DNA of 64,000 bases from an uncultured virus (IMG/VR IMGVR_UViG_3300010157_000035) (IMGVR_UViG_3300010157_000035:1-64000); one strand, 5' to 3'. Counted from the first letter of the stretch, positions 26,405 to 36,746 are shown. Notes: generated from the letters alone by a model not told the origin. Numbers and translations are program-made.

Positions 26405-27261
26405 CAGGTCCCCCATTCATTCTTAAAGAGTGGAACTTGTAGCCTGTCACTGTAACGAAGTCCGTGTTTCATTGCCAATAATGCTACATTACGATTGTTC
26501 ATAGCGTATACCGTTTCAACACCACCCACTGGCATTAGATAAACGTGTCCGGTAAAACCCGCCTTACGATATGCGGCGATAGCACACTCAGCATCTGCAA
26601 AGTCTTGTTCAGTGGCAATAACAAATTTTAAATATGCTGTGCCATATTCTTCATAGTCACAAACTACCTTGGGCAAGATGGCTTCTTCCCACTTTTCTCC
26701 ACTGCATGGCAGTTTGGCACTGACACTAAATGTAATCTCTCGCCAAAAGTCTCGGTCATGATGGTGTGCCCAGGTATGCAAATACGAAGCAAACTCTTTG
26801 GATATCTCTTGAGTGCCATTGGTTTCAAACGTAATTTCTTTAAGCCCTTGCATCTTGGGATGATCTAACAAATCTGGGTAAGCACGTTGCCAACCTAACA
26901 ACGGCTCACCACCTGTAATGACCAGGTGTTCATCACGCCATTCACCGTGTGGAAGTATTTCCATAATACGTTCTACAATGGCATCAGTTGTAAGCATTGG
27001 ACTTAGGTCTTTAAAACTAGGGTGCCAACTGGCATAACTGTCGCAACCCGTGCTTACTAATGGTAGTTCTTCATATCGATTATATAGATGTGCTACTTCA
27101 GCAAGCTCTTCGGCTTCTGCGCTCAACTCACCACGTGGCATGCCAAAGCCAGCGCATTTGAAGTTGCATCCAAACACACGCAAGAATACCGACGGCACAC
27201 CCATATAGCGTCCTTCGCCTTGCACTGAATAGAATAATTCTGCTATTTTTAATTTACTCAT
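26404..27261 (-). CDS. queE: 7-carboxy-7-deazaguanine synthase (radical SAM)
   Basis: ELFYSVQGEG, VFLR, CNFKC...CD, ITGGEP, ETNG. Confidence 0.85.
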   Translation of the reverse strand: MSKLKIAELFYSVQGEGRYMGVPSVFLRVFGCNFKCAGFGMPRGELSAEAEELAEVAHLYNRYEELPLVSTGCDSYASWHPSFKDLSPMLTTDAIVERIMEILPHGEWRDEHLVITGGEPLLGWQRAYPDLLDHPKMQGLKEITFETNGTQEISKEFASYLHTWAHHHDRDFWREITFSVSAKLPCSGEKWEEAILPKVVCDYEEYGTAYLKFVIATEQDFADAECAIAAYRKAGFTGHVYLMPVGGVETVYAMNNRNVALLAMKHGLRYSDRLQVPLFKNEWGT

Positions 27262-27454
27262 TGTTAACCTTTAATGGAATGCCTCTGAACATGTATTGCA
27301 CACTATTGTCTCTTAGGAATGATTTATCAAAACTACTAAAGTGTTGATTAAATTCTTCAGGGGTTAGTTCAAAATGATCAATAGGCTCTTTGCTGTCAGC
27401 AATGGCTTTTTTCATTTCTTCTAACAAATCAGGTTTTCTATAATGTATTTTCAT
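27254..27454 (-). CDS. hypothetical protein
   Basis: leaderless ATG 6 nt after TAAAAT. Confidence 0.6.
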   Translation of the reverse strand: MKIHYRKPDLLEEMKKAIADSKEPIDHFELTPEEFNQHFSSFDKSFLRDNSVQYMFRGIPLKVNNE

Positions 27455-27460
27455 GTTGCT

Positions 27461-27489
27461 ATTTTAACATTTATAATCACAAGTGTCAA
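27461..27489 (-). promoter_or_regulatory. sigma70-type promoter
   Basis: TTGACA-17 nt-TAAAAT. Confidence 0.75.
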
Positions 27490-28253
27490 GGCAAATGAGA
27501 GATATCTAAGGTTTTTGTTGGTCTAGGCCTTACCGGAACGTCGGGTATACCTAACTGATCATTAATGGCTTTCATTAAATGTAACTTTGAAGGAGCATGT
27601 CTACTACCGTGCCAGTGAACAATTTTGGCATCGTTTAGGGTACAACCGTTCCATGTGTCGGTAAATTGTTGAGCTTCTTCGTTACCAAGCAACCAAGGCC
27701 CTTGATAGGCCATTGTGGGATCAATCACTTGCTCTGTAGTTAGTCCTTGTCCCCAGACCATGTGGTTATACAATTTCTGATCACCATTCCATTCAGTGCA
27801 GTTGCTTAATTTACCAAGAGCCGCTTCGAACATGGCACGATCCATTTCGGCTGGGTAATAACGTATATCGGCGTTTAGAAAATGCGGCAGTTCGTCTAAG
27901 GTTTTAGGATCGGTGTAGTTGAACATTAGAAAGTGTTGGTATCGACCAAACACTTCGACTGGCTTTAATACCTGCACATCACTGCCACAGTAGTAAATGT
28001 TACAAGGTTCTGTGCTCCAAATATCCCATATGGCACGAAACTGTTGACGAAACACATGATTGACATCTGTGGCTGTTGATTCTAGTCGGATCAATTCCCA
28101 ATCGCCTTGTAGGTTATGAAAGAAGCTGGCTTCACTTAGCACGGCCATTTTTTCATAGTATGAATACAAGTCACCTTCGTCGGCTCGATCACGTCCAGGC
28201 CACCATTTGGTGCTGCCAATGCGATGTAGACCTTTGATTAGATAATTTTTCAC
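27486..28253 (-). CDS. nucleotide-diphospho-sugar transferase-like protein
   Basis: paralog of 11423-12088 (PCNI, RYYP, DQ, HWH). Confidence 0.5.
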   Translation of the reverse strand: MKNYLIKGLHRIGSTKWWPGRDRADEGDLYSYYEKMAVLSEASFFHNLQGDWELIRLESTATDVNHVFRQQFRAIWDIWSTEPCNIYYCGSDVQVLKPVEVFGRYQHFLMFNYTDPKTLDELPHFLNADIRYYPAEMDRAMFEAALGKLSNCTEWNGDQKLYNHMVWGQGLTTEQVIDPTMAYQGPWLLGNEEAQQFTDTWNGCTLNDAKIVHWHGSRHAPSKLHLMKAINDQLGIPDVPVRPRPTKTLDISHLP

Positions 28254-29482
28254 TGTGTAACTTCCACTTCTGGAAAATATCTAAGGAAGCGGTCATTGGA
28301 ATTGGTTCTAGCAGTTTGAATCTTTGATTTAATTTCCTTAAAGAAATTCCAGGCCAATGGTACAAACAGGATTCGGCAATTGGCATCAAGTTCGGCAAGT
28401 CGATCTACTCCGACAATGGCACAACCGGTACCGGGGGTAAACTTGCCTTGCTTGAGTGGATTGTCATCAATGATAAAATCTAACCGGATATCACCAAAGT
28501 TTAATAGTGTATTGCCTTTGGCCGCAGCTCCATATCCAACTAGGGTATATCCATCACGACGATATTCGCCGATGGTCTCAATCAACTGGTTCATGTTGCT
28601 CTTGACAGTAGATTCCCAACGAGTATATGTATCCTTGTTCAACAAGCCATATGCAGCTTCAAGATCAATAGCATTCTTTACACGATTTTTATTGACAGAG
28701 GCTTTGCTTAAAATAAAAATATAACTGTTGCCGTGTATAGGAGTTTTAATTGTGTCAACCAAATGTAAACCAGCACGTTCGGCCAGGCGGCTCATTGAGT
28801 TAACATTAAAAAAGTTAACGTGCTCGTGATAGATGGTATCAAACTCATTGTTCAACACCATGTCGGCCTGACTGGTCTGTATAAACAACACAGTATTGTC
28901 GGTCATTAGTTCAGCACATGATGTTATAAATTCGTAAGGATCTGGATTATGGGCACAGACATTTTGTGCTATGATAATGTCGTAGTTGACTTGTTTTAAT
29001 TTTTCAACAGCGGCTGGCCCAAAGAAATCACAAATCACTGAATGGCTAGCACTGCTACGGAGAAAAAGATTTTCAGCAGGATCGATTCCGTATGTGTTGA
29101 TTGGTTGTAACTGTTGACTTCTTGCTGTTTTAAAATAATTAAGTTGAGTTCCGTCGTTGCATCCAATGTCTAATACATTGCTAACTCCGATGCACGACTC
29201 TAAACAAAAATCAGCAAACCATTTACAATAGTCCTGTATGGTTTGATTGGTGCCAGTGGCATACAGATAATTCTTGTAAATGATCGCAGGATCTACTGTG
29301 TGGCTTAGTTGTAGGTGAAAACAATCATGGCAAAGACTTACAGCCAATGGATAACGGTCTTCTGTTGCATTGGCTGAATCTCTGTAACTGTTAGCCAGGG
29401 GCTGTTGTCCAAGATCTAATGCAGTATGAATATCCGCTGACCCACAGGCCAAACAATGTGTATTTTCTACGACGTGATTCAT
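28250..29482 (-). CDS. NDP-sugar C-methyltransferase
   Basis: N-terminal CxxC...CxxC Zn domain, LDIGCNDG, YHEH, GYGAAAKGNT. Confidence 0.85.
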   Translation of the reverse strand: MNHVVENTHCLACGSADIHTALDLGQQPLANSYRDSANATEDRYPLAVSLCHDCFHLQLSHTVDPAIIYKNYLYATGTNQTIQDYCKWFADFCLESCIGVSNVLDIGCNDGTQLNYFKTARSQQLQPINTYGIDPAENLFLRSSASHSVICDFFGPAAVEKLKQVNYDIIIAQNVCAHNPDPYEFITSCAELMTDNTVLFIQTSQADMVLNNEFDTIYHEHVNFFNVNSMSRLAERAGLHLVDTIKTPIHGNSYIFILSKASVNKNRVKNAIDLEAAYGLLNKDTYTRWESTVKSNMNQLIETIGEYRRDGYTLVGYGAAAKGNTLLNFGDIRLDFIIDDNPLKQGKFTPGTGCAIVGVDRLAELDANCRILFVPLAWNFFKEIKSKIQTARTNSNDRFLRYFPEVEVTQ

Positions 29483-30519
29483 AATTTTAACCAGCGATCA
29501 TTCTTTAAGGTCCAGGTAACCATTTGCTCAATTCTAGTATCAAAACTATACTTGGGCTCCCAACCCAGCTGTTTCATATATTCACCACTGAGAGCATAAC
29601 GGAAGTCATGCCCAGGACGTTGTGTATCAACTCCGACCATGGTGTATTTTAATTCCTTGCCGAGTATGTCAGCAATTTTTTGTGCCACATCAAAGTTTGA
29701 GACTTCTTGTTGACCTACAATGTTGAACTTGGGACAGGTAGCACCTCCAAAGTCGTCGGCTAGTGGAAAGCCTTGGTGCGGCAACGCCATAATAAACATA
29801 GTGGCATCGGCAACATCTGCGGCATGGACCCAGTGACGTAGTCCACTCCGGGTGCCGGTTTCTTCATCGCAGTGGATAGAAACTGGCTCACCTGCTAGAA
29901 TCTTGCGCATGGCAATGCCGATGAACTTTTCTGGCAGTTGACGTTCGCCAAACACATTCATTGTATGTGTGCAGTAGATGGGCATGCCAAACGTGTTTTC
30001 GTATGCTACACATAACTCTTCTGCGCCAGCTTTAGTGGCACTATATGGACTGCGACTGTTGTAACGATCCCACTCCTTATATTCTACACCGTCGGGTGCT
30101 GACCCAAACACTTCGTCGGTGCCAAAGTTAATAAATTTTTCCAAGTCGGGCAAATAACGTCGAGCATAATCCAGCAAGTTACAAGTACCAACCACATTGT
30201 CTTGCACAAACAACATGGGATTTTCAATTGAACGAGTAACATGGCTACCTGCAGCCATATGGATAATAAGATCTACCGGTCCGATTTGTGCAGCCAATTG
30301 CGGATTAATCTCTGCACGTAGGTCATGATAAATTACTCGTAACCGACTCATTGCATCGGTTCCAAACTCTTGACTTAGTTCATGTAAACGATTTAAATTT
30401 CCTGAAAAGTCTAAACGATCCATGCTGATGATGTTATATTCGTCGTGTTTGAGCAATCGACGAATCATATGATGACCAATAAATCCAGCGCCTCCGGTTA
30501 CCAGTATAGTTTTTTTCAT
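29479..30519 (-). CDS. rmlB: dTDP-glucose 4,6-dehydratase-like
   Basis: TGGAGFIG, SHV.RSI, TDEV, YSATK, RPGHD.RY. Confidence 0.85.
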   Translation of the reverse strand: MKKTILVTGGAGFIGHHMIRRLLKHDEYNIISMDRLDFSGNLNRLHELSQEFGTDAMSRLRVIYHDLRAEINPQLAAQIGPVDLIIHMAAGSHVTRSIENPMLFVQDNVVGTCNLLDYARRYLPDLEKFINFGTDEVFGSAPDGVEYKEWDRYNSRSPYSATKAGAEELCVAYENTFGMPIYCTHTMNVFGERQLPEKFIGIAMRKILAGEPVSIHCDEETGTRSGLRHWVHAADVADATMFIMALPHQGFPLADDFGGATCPKFNIVGQQEVSNFDVAQKIADILGKELKYTMVGVDTQRPGHDFRYALSGEYMKQLGWEPKYSFDTRIEQMVTWTLKNDRWLKL

Positions 30520-30527
30520 AATGTTGA

Positions 30528-31349
30528 TTAGTTGGCCTTTAGTATAAATTGACGCATTTGATCGTTGATATCGTTTTCTCTTAGCTTTTCCCAGGGATCT
30601 TGTTTGCCTGTTTTGATACGATCCCACCAAGTTGAAGTTGATCCTTGACTTTTTAAATATGTGTCAATGATTTCACACTCTTGCATACGCAATTGAGTCA
30701 TTTTGGGATTGTGAAAATCTCTAGGATTACTGGGATTTCCTTCTAGCAGTTCTCTTTCTTTGTAGGTAGCATCCAAGTTGTTGCCGGTGAGGTCAGCACG
30801 GTCGTGTAGAACATTCACTTCAATACGTTCCCAGATATCTACTAGATAAGCAATTTGGCTTAACCAAGCATCAGTCATACTGTGCAAGCTCAAATGTCCA
30901 ACAAGATCCAGCCAAGCTCTAGGCACAATAGGAAATATACTGTAAGGATGGTCTTGGTGAGTATGCACAGCCAACAACTTGAAATCTCCAGTGCGTTTGA
31001 CAATTTCTAAATCCCAATCTTGACTTTCCATCAGTGCATCGTCATTCCAGAAAAATATCCAGTCTGCGTCTGAATTTTTACTTAGGGTATTGATGTATTC
31101 GTTAAGACGACTGTATCCAAGTGGTTCAAAAGTCATAGCAGTGTATGCGACCTCCATCTTGTCCAGTTGCGGTTGCAATGATTCTTCGAAATGGGCCAAG
31201 CCCACTGTGTCGTCTGTGTCTAGACCCAACAACACTTGTATGCTAGACAGATCTGCGGCTTTTTCAAGCAAGCCAACGAGACTGCGTGTTAATGCCGCAG
31301 TGCGACCCCGGGTGGGCAATATGATTGCTATTTTGTATTCATGTGGCAT
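30528..31349 (-). CDS. GT-A fold glycosyltransferase (GT2-like)
   Basis: IILPTRGR, DTDD, NDD motifs. Confidence 0.7.
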   Translation of the reverse strand: MPHEYKIAIILPTRGRTAALTRSLVGLLEKAADLSSIQVLLGLDTDDTVGLAHFEESLQPQLDKMEVAYTAMTFEPLGYSRLNEYINTLSKNSDADWIFFWNDDALMESQDWDLEIVKRTGDFKLLAVHTHQDHPYSIFPIVPRAWLDLVGHLSLHSMTDAWLSQIAYLVDIWERIEVNVLHDRADLTGNNLDATYKERELLEGNPSNPRDFHNPKMTQLRMQECEIIDTYLKSQGSTSTWWDRIKTGKQDPWEKLRENDINDQMRQFILKAN

Positions 31350-31357
31350 AGTGCGAA

Positions 31358-31365
31358 TATTTATA
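31358..31365 (-). promoter_or_regulatory. T4-type late promoter
   Basis: TATAAATA 8 nt before ATG. Confidence 0.6.
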
Positions 31366-31398
31366 TGCGCCGTTTATTCAGTGATAATTTGTTGTTCA

Positions 31399-31584
31399 TC
31401 ACCAATGACGTACGACGCCTGCGATTATAAAAAAGTTTGTGACGACGTATATCAATACAATTACCGTTCTGATGCGGGCAACACGATCTGCTTCTGCATC
31501 AGTGTTGCCGGCTTTTTCGCCTAGTGCTTTGGCCCAAAGTCTCCAGATCCTTTTCATGTGCCACAATCTATACGCCATGGACAC
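31399..31584 (-). CDS. small membrane protein
   Basis: WAKALGEKAG motif plus one TM helix. Confidence 0.65.
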   Translation of the reverse strand: MSMAYRLWHMKRIWRLWAKALGEKAGNTDAEADRVARIRTVIVLIYVVTNFFIIAGVVRHW

Positions 31585-31747
31585 TGTGATAATGTGTTGG
31601 TGCTACAGTCGTCTTGACCAAAGCACCACGGTGATTCTGAGCCACGTTTTAATCGAATTACAGTGTGAAGTTGCATACGCTCTTCACTATTACCTAACCC
31701 CTCGTTAGAGAACCGGGCTTCTTCGTTTAATAGATTTTGTAATTCAC

Positions 31748-32497
31748 TCATCGAATAGTGATTCCACGTTGTATAAGATTTTCATGTTCTTGAACAATGT
31801 TGGACTTGTTACTCGGATCTAATTCTACGCCTAATCTCGGTGCAATAACAGTTTCAACGTAATCCCAGTGGGCCAATGGTGTTGGGTGCGAGTCGTTTTT
31901 GTTGTATCTATGACTGGTATGTATATTATGATTTTGTTGTCTAAATGTTTCAAGTGAAATGTCTAATAGACAATTGTTATCAATTTGAAATCCTTTATAT
32001 ATTTCCTCCAGCCTTGGATCATTTTTTATATCTGTTTCGGCATGAAATAAAGGAAATGCTGCAAAATGATAAGCAGAATATCCGACAGATTTACTGTGTA
32101 AATCAATCAACTGTATATAATCCATTGTGGTTTGAAAACGTTCCACTGGATGATAATAGTTAACAAAAAACTCTTTGCTTTTTAAAACAGCACTGCCTTG
32201 ATGTCGCCAATGGTTTGTTGGATCCTTGTTGGGCATAAGGTATGGCTCCTCGCTATAAAAACTCCAGCGATCAAAACTGGTCCACAGGACAATAACTACA
32301 TCCTGTGGACGTGCATGTTTTACAATAGATCTTGCAACAGTGGCATTGTCACATCCGCCTATGCCAACTCGAGAATAAGAATTAAATTCTCGTCCTAAAA
32401 TATCAGCCCAGGTGCTCCAGCAGTATGAGGTATAACTACAACCAGAAGCTAACAAGCGACTGTTTTTTATGCTCACGCAAACAGATCCTCGTCCCAT
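31748..32497 (-). CDS. SGNH/GDSL-like protein
   Basis: ASGCSYT, GGCDN, WTSFDR, DSHP. Confidence 0.6.
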   Translation of the reverse strand: MGRGSVCVSIKNSRLLASGCSYTSYCWSTWADILGREFNSYSRVGIGGCDNATVARSIVKHARPQDVVIVLWTSFDRWSFYSEEPYLMPNKDPTNHWRHQGSAVLKSKEFFVNYYHPVERFQTTMDYIQLIDLHSKSVGYSAYHFAAFPLFHAETDIKNDPRLEEIYKGFQIDNNCLLDISLETFRQQNHNIHTSHRYNKNDSHPTPLAHWDYVETVIAPRLGVELDPSNKSNIVQEHENLIQRGITIR

Positions 32498-32979
32498 TCA
32501 CGATGACCTTCGCGGAATGCCATGTTACTTTGTGTTTCGCGCACTTCTACACGATAGCACCATAAACGAGCAGCCTCACCAGGTCCCCACATCTCTGGAA
32601 TGTAAACACCGTTGACGTATTTGTAAAGCATATCACTGAGTCCTTCACACCCTAATCGAGGTAGCACTACAATCTTGGCCATATTCTTTTCTTGTAGTAA
32701 CTTAAATGTCTCCATCTCGGGATCATCTTGTGCCACAATAAGCGTGTGGTCAAACTGATCTTCTAGGGTTTTCTTTAGTTCTTTAAGTCCACCATAGTCG
32801 GCGGCCCAGTTACGCACATCCAGTTCGTTAGTTCCAAAATAGAACTTCATACTAAACGAATAACCGTGTATCAAGTTACAATGACTGTCTGCCCTCCATT
32901 GTCTATATGCACATGGAAATGCGTCGTGGTACTCTTTGGTACTAGTGTATTTGTAAACTACGGGATTTAATGTTGTCAT
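32473..32979 (-). CDS. queD: 6-carboxy-5,6,7,8-tetrahydropterin synthase
   Basis: CNLIHGY, DYGGLK, FDH, EVRET T-fold motifs. Confidence 0.85.
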   Translation of the reverse strand: MTTLNPVVYKYTSTKEYHDAFPCAYRQWRADSHCNLIHGYSFSMKFYFGTNELDVRNWAADYGGLKELKKTLEDQFDHTLIVAQDDPEMETFKLLQEKNMAKIVVLPRLGCEGLSDMLYKYVNGVYIPEMWGPGEAARLWCYRVEVRETQSNMAFREGHREWDEDLFA

Positions 32980-33000
32980 GCTGTTTTTCTCCTATGTTAA

Positions 33001-33052
33001 AGTATAGCATAGGCGGCGGAGTTTGTAAAGCGGGACGATGCCGATAGGCCGC
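33001..33052 (-). promoter_or_regulatory. promoter (TTTACA-17-TATACT) overlapping a candidate pseudoknot RNA element upstream of queD
   Basis: stem GCGG/CCGC, loop CGGC complementary to downstream GCCG. Confidence 0.5.
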
Positions 33053-33057
33053 TGAGA

Positions 33058-33288
33058 TTACTTTTTCTTATCTGGTGCTTTTTTTCTAGCCGATTTAGTG
33101 TCAGTGACATCAGCTGATTTAATCAATTGTTCCACTGTGTCAAGGGCCTCGGTGGTGGCAAACATTTGCCAAAGTCGATTGCCGGTGGCGTCAATGGGCG
33201 AAAACTTGAATTCGATCACTGAATCATCTTTAAGACGCAGTTGAATAATTCGTTCTTGTGGTAGGTTTACTGTGCGGAGGCCTGTCAT
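33058..33288 (-). CDS. hypothetical protein
   Basis: 76-aa ORF. Confidence 0.55.
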   Translation of the reverse strand: MTGLRTVNLPQERIIQLRLKDDSVIEFKFSPIDATGNRLWQMFATTEALDTVEQLIKSADVTDTKSARKKAPDKKK

Positions 33289-33312
33289 GTTGTGTCTTTC
33301 ATTGTGTTGAAT

Positions 33313-33471
33313 CTATTTATTATCTTTATTTGTGTTGTTAGTGTTTGCAGGTTGTGTCTCAACCTTATCAAACGCCGGATTGATATATGGTTCTACCACA
33401 GTCTTCTGTGCAACTCCCCAGCCAACAGCTGAAAAGAAACCAACCACTATCCATGTTGCAACTATTACCAT
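33313..33471 (-). CDS. small membrane protein (52 aa)
   Basis: MVIVATWIVVGFFSAVGWG... after AAGG. Confidence 0.5.
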   Translation of the reverse strand: MVIVATWIVVGFFSAVGWGVAQKTVVEPYINPAFDKVETQPANTNNTNKDNK

Positions 33472-33489
33472 TTTACCGTTACCTTTTAG

Positions 33490-36126
33490 TTAAAATGTAT
33501 ATCTGTATTCGGCCATTGCACGATACTGACCGTTTTGTGTGGCCATACCTGACAATCTATAGGCATTGTGTCGATCAATAACACCGGTATATAATGCACG
33601 AACATACGGAGTGGTTTGACTCACAACACCCATCTTAGTGTTAGTATACACTGGATTGCCTGCGTTGTCAACACCAGTTGGCATAGTGGCAGTTACATTG
33701 CCACTCAATACAACCGGTTTCACACCTGCATACACACCAAGATCACCAAAGCCCAATTCGTTATACCGATAACCGGTTTCGACCCATCCAGCAAAGATTG
33801 GACTTACATCAGTTATGATGCCAGATTTAAAATTGGTAGTGGTCATCATCACGGCGCCTTGAACACTGAATCGATCTTTCTTATATGTCATCACTTGCTC
33901 TAAGGTGCTACTACTGTTAACTGATCCAAAGGATCCAGTAAAGTTCAACCACGGATTGGTGTTGAGACTGGTAAACTGTAGACCGGTAGAAAAGTTACCA
34001 CGTCGGTATATTTCTGGTAGACCAAAGCTCCATTGGTTAGTGGGTCTAGGTTGTCCGGGATACATGCCGACTGATTGTTCTCCAAACTCTTTTGGCAGTA
34101 ATGGGGCACCAATCATGTTGGTTTGATTACGGTTCTCTGCGCCAAGGCGCACAGCCATGCCTTGCGTATTATACACAGTATGTGTATTGCTATTCAGCAT
34201 GTATTCAGTATGACTGGTAAGATCATATTGATCAATATGTTCGGTGTTGAATGTGTAACCGTTGGGTCCAACCGAGTTTGTGGTGGCAAAATTCAAACTG
34301 TAATTGCGCCCCAAAGAATCAAATGCCTGCATCTGATTGAAGCCCGACATGTTGACACCAGCAACACCACCGGTTATACTGTTCAATGCCACAGCACCGG
34401 ATCGGGTGGCAATGCTCAATGCTCCGGCTGGACTTAGTAATTTGTCAGGATTCAATACCAATCCAGAACCAGCGTCGGTCAGGTATGTGCTGGATGTTTG
34501 TGCCAACACTTGATTGACCTGTGCCGAACTCATCCATGGCCATGTTGCTTTGACAGTATTGAATGCTGTTTGTGCTGTGATCGGACTGACTTGCGATCCT
34601 ATGAGACTGAGATAGGTAGACATCCGCATAGGACTTGTGGCATCGTTGTGCCATTGTAGTGTGCTGACCAGATACAAGTTGTTGCTTCGATCTTTGACCA
34701 CAGCTACTTGATTGCCGCTGTTGGCAGTGTTGGCAACCAGGTTGGCTTGGCTGGCAAAGTCAGTGATGATATTTTGGAATGCCGCCACATAAGGACCTGT
34801 GGCACTTTGTTTGATCAAGATTTGTGTGCTGCTGTTGGCAGTACCAGACCAGTCGGTGCCACTCAGGATCATACTTTTAAAGCCGTTGCCCAGATCCACA
34901 AATTGTGGACGATAGGTACCATAGGTATTGGTATTATAACCGGTTACCATGGTCGCTGTTACATCGGTGAAATTGCCTGCGCCGTCGTTTTGTAAAAATT
35001 GTATGGCTGATTGTTTTACTCCGCCACTGGTGCCGGGTGAACTGAACAGAATTAAACTTTGATTGCCACTGGCATTGAAATCATAGTTTATGATCAAGTA
35101 ATTGTGACTGCTGTTGCCCAGTATTGGCGCAGGCAAGTCTCGGGCCCAATTGATGCTGAGTTTGTTGGTAGCAGGATCTATAGCCCAGGTATACATTTTG
35201 GTAGTGCTACTGCCGCATCCACTCCATGCCGTAGCACCAACACAGGCCCTACTGTCAGTGGCCACCAGTTGTGTTGAGCCATTGTTTATGAAGTCAGCGG
35301 CCGCAATGCTACTTGCACCCCAGAACAGATCATTGTTGCCACGAGCTTGATATACCGTAAATCCGTTCACACGATTGTTCATCAAGAATGTGGTGTTGGG
35401 ACCATAGTCTGTGATAATAGCATCGGTCCAACCCGACCGGGTTAGGTCAGCAATCGTACTTCCATGCCCCCAAACCTGAGCACCCAATTCGATGGTATCA
35501 CGAGTAAACTGACTGCCGGTATTTCGAAACAACCAAGCCTGACTAGATCCAGCGGAACCATACCAGTTCATATCAGTGGCTGGAACAATCAACATGTCGG
35601 TCTTGCCGGTCTTAAAAAAGTCGGCAAAATGCACACCTGTGGATTCGGCTCCTAGGATTGAGTTTGTTCCGTTGGGAAACCATTTGGCTGTTTCATTGAC
35701 AAAACTGCCATCTTTCCAATTGAACAGTTGTATACTACTGTTGACCCACTCGCCACTGGTAGCCGGTTGACTCATGCGTCCGGTTACAATCATACTGTCA
35801 GCACCGTCACCGGTCAGATTGTTTACCACATGCTGTTGACTCACTGCGGTTTTGGTCGAGTCCGCGGTGTAAGGATTGAATGTGCCGGCCAGTGTAGGTG
35901 TGCTGAACGGAACAGTATCGCGGCTGCCGGATGCAAATCCATATCTAGACAAGGTGCCAGAACTGTAATAAGGTTCATCGCGTTTGAGGATCGGATTGGA
36001 GCCATTGGTGGGCCAAGTCGTTGTGCCACCACCGCCACCACCACCACCGCCACAGGCTGTGAGTAAACAAACGGTCGCTACAGCCAAGGCCATAACAGTT
36101 GGTTTGATTACACATGATTTTTTCAT
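33490..36126 (-). CDS. lipoprotein with FG-GAP/VCBS-like repeats and C-terminal beta-barrel (autotransporter-like)
   Basis: lipobox LTAC + poly-Gly; ADF..xG..D repeats; terminal YRYTF. Confidence 0.7.
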   Translation of the reverse strand: MKKSCVIKPTVMALAVATVCLLTACGGGGGGGGGTTTWPTNGSNPILKRDEPYYSSGTLSRYGFASGSRDTVPFSTPTLAGTFNPYTADSTKTAVSQQHVVNNLTGDGADSMIVTGRMSQPATSGEWVNSSIQLFNWKDGSFVNETAKWFPNGTNSILGAESTGVHFADFFKTGKTDMLIVPATDMNWYGSAGSSQAWLFRNTGSQFTRDTIELGAQVWGHGSTIADLTRSGWTDAIITDYGPNTTFLMNNRVNGFTVYQARGNNDLFWGASSIAAADFINNGSTQLVATDSRACVGATAWSGCGSSTTKMYTWAIDPATNKLSINWARDLPAPILGNSSHNYLIINYDFNASGNQSLILFSSPGTSGGVKQSAIQFLQNDGAGNFTDVTATMVTGYNTNTYGTYRPQFVDLGNGFKSMILSGTDWSGTANSSTQILIKQSATGPYVAAFQNIITDFASQANLVANTANSGNQVAVVKDRSNNLYLVSTLQWHNDATSPMRMSTYLSLIGSQVSPITAQTAFNTVKATWPWMSSAQVNQVLAQTSSTYLTDAGSGLVLNPDKLLSPAGALSIATRSGAVALNSITGGVAGVNMSGFNQMQAFDSLGRNYSLNFATTNSVGPNGYTFNTEHIDQYDLTSHTEYMLNSNTHTVYNTQGMAVRLGAENRNQTNMIGAPLLPKEFGEQSVGMYPGQPRPTNQWSFGLPEIYRRGNFSTGLQFTSLNTNPWLNFTGSFGSVNSSSTLEQVMTYKKDRFSVQGAVMMTTTNFKSGIITDVSPIFAGWVETGYRYNELGFGDLGVYAGVKPVVLSGNVTATMPTGVDNAGNPVYTNTKMGVVSQTTPYVRALYTGVIDRHNAYRLSGMATQNGQYRAMAEYRYTF

Positions 36127-36159
36127 ATAGTCACTCTAAGAATAATTGTTCATGCAACT

Positions 36160-36188
36160 ATTATAGCAGGTGACTATTTCTGGGTCAA
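36160..36188 (-). promoter_or_regulatory. sigma70-type promoter
   Basis: TTGACC-17 nt-TATAAT. Confidence 0.8.
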
Positions 36189-36511
36189 TCGCGCTTTAGA
36201 TACTGTAGTTTATCAGCAACACCGGACCATTTTTCATGATCGGGCATGGATTCTTTGGATTTGGTAATGGGTTTCCAACTTCGAGCCAGTTCACGATTAA
36301 GGTCAATAAACTGTTGCTGATCCTTTGGCACATCCGATTCGGCATATATAGCATCTTCGGGGCATTCTGGAACGCACACTGCACAGTCAATACAGCCGTC
36401 TGGATCAATGGCTAAAAAGTTTGGGCCTTCTACAAAACAATCAACTGGGCAAACGTCTACACAATCGGTGTGCTTGCAAAGAACACATCCGTCGGTTACA
36501 ACATAGGTCAT
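36185..36511 (-). CDS. fdxA: 7Fe ferredoxin (FdxA-type)
   Basis: CVLCKHTDCVDVCPVDCF and CIDCAVCVPECP. Confidence 0.9.
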   Translation of the reverse strand: MTYVVTDGCVLCKHTDCVDVCPVDCFVEGPNFLAIDPDGCIDCAVCVPECPEDAIYAESDVPKDQQQFIDLNRELARSWKPITKSKESMPDHEKWSGVADKLQYLKRD

Positions 36512-36732
36512 GCTTGTTGACCTTCTAACCATTCATCAACACGCTGTTCGGCCTCTGCCTGCGTGATAGCTGGCACTGAGATTTCGGCCAATTCTCCCAT
36601 ATTGTGTCGAATAGAATACGGCGCTGGTTTGCCAGAAAAAATAATTTCATCCATTCGACGAAATACAGCAAATTCTTGTAGATGTTTGGCTCGTTCAATT
36701 GCCACTGCTGTCAAATCATTTATATCTTTCAT
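36508..36732 (-). CDS. hypothetical protein
   Basis: AAGGA SD, ATGA overlap. Confidence 0.65.
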   Translation of the reverse strand: MKDINDLTAVAIERAKHLQEFAVFRRMDEIIFSGKPAPYSIRHNMGELAEISVPAITQAEAEQRVDEWLEGQQA

Positions 36733-36746
36733 TGTATTTTCCTTGG

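Noticed and set aside
31554..31751. 65-aa ORF between the SGNH-like gene and the small membrane gene
   Set aside because: Plausible by position but no recognisable features; not enough support to annotate.
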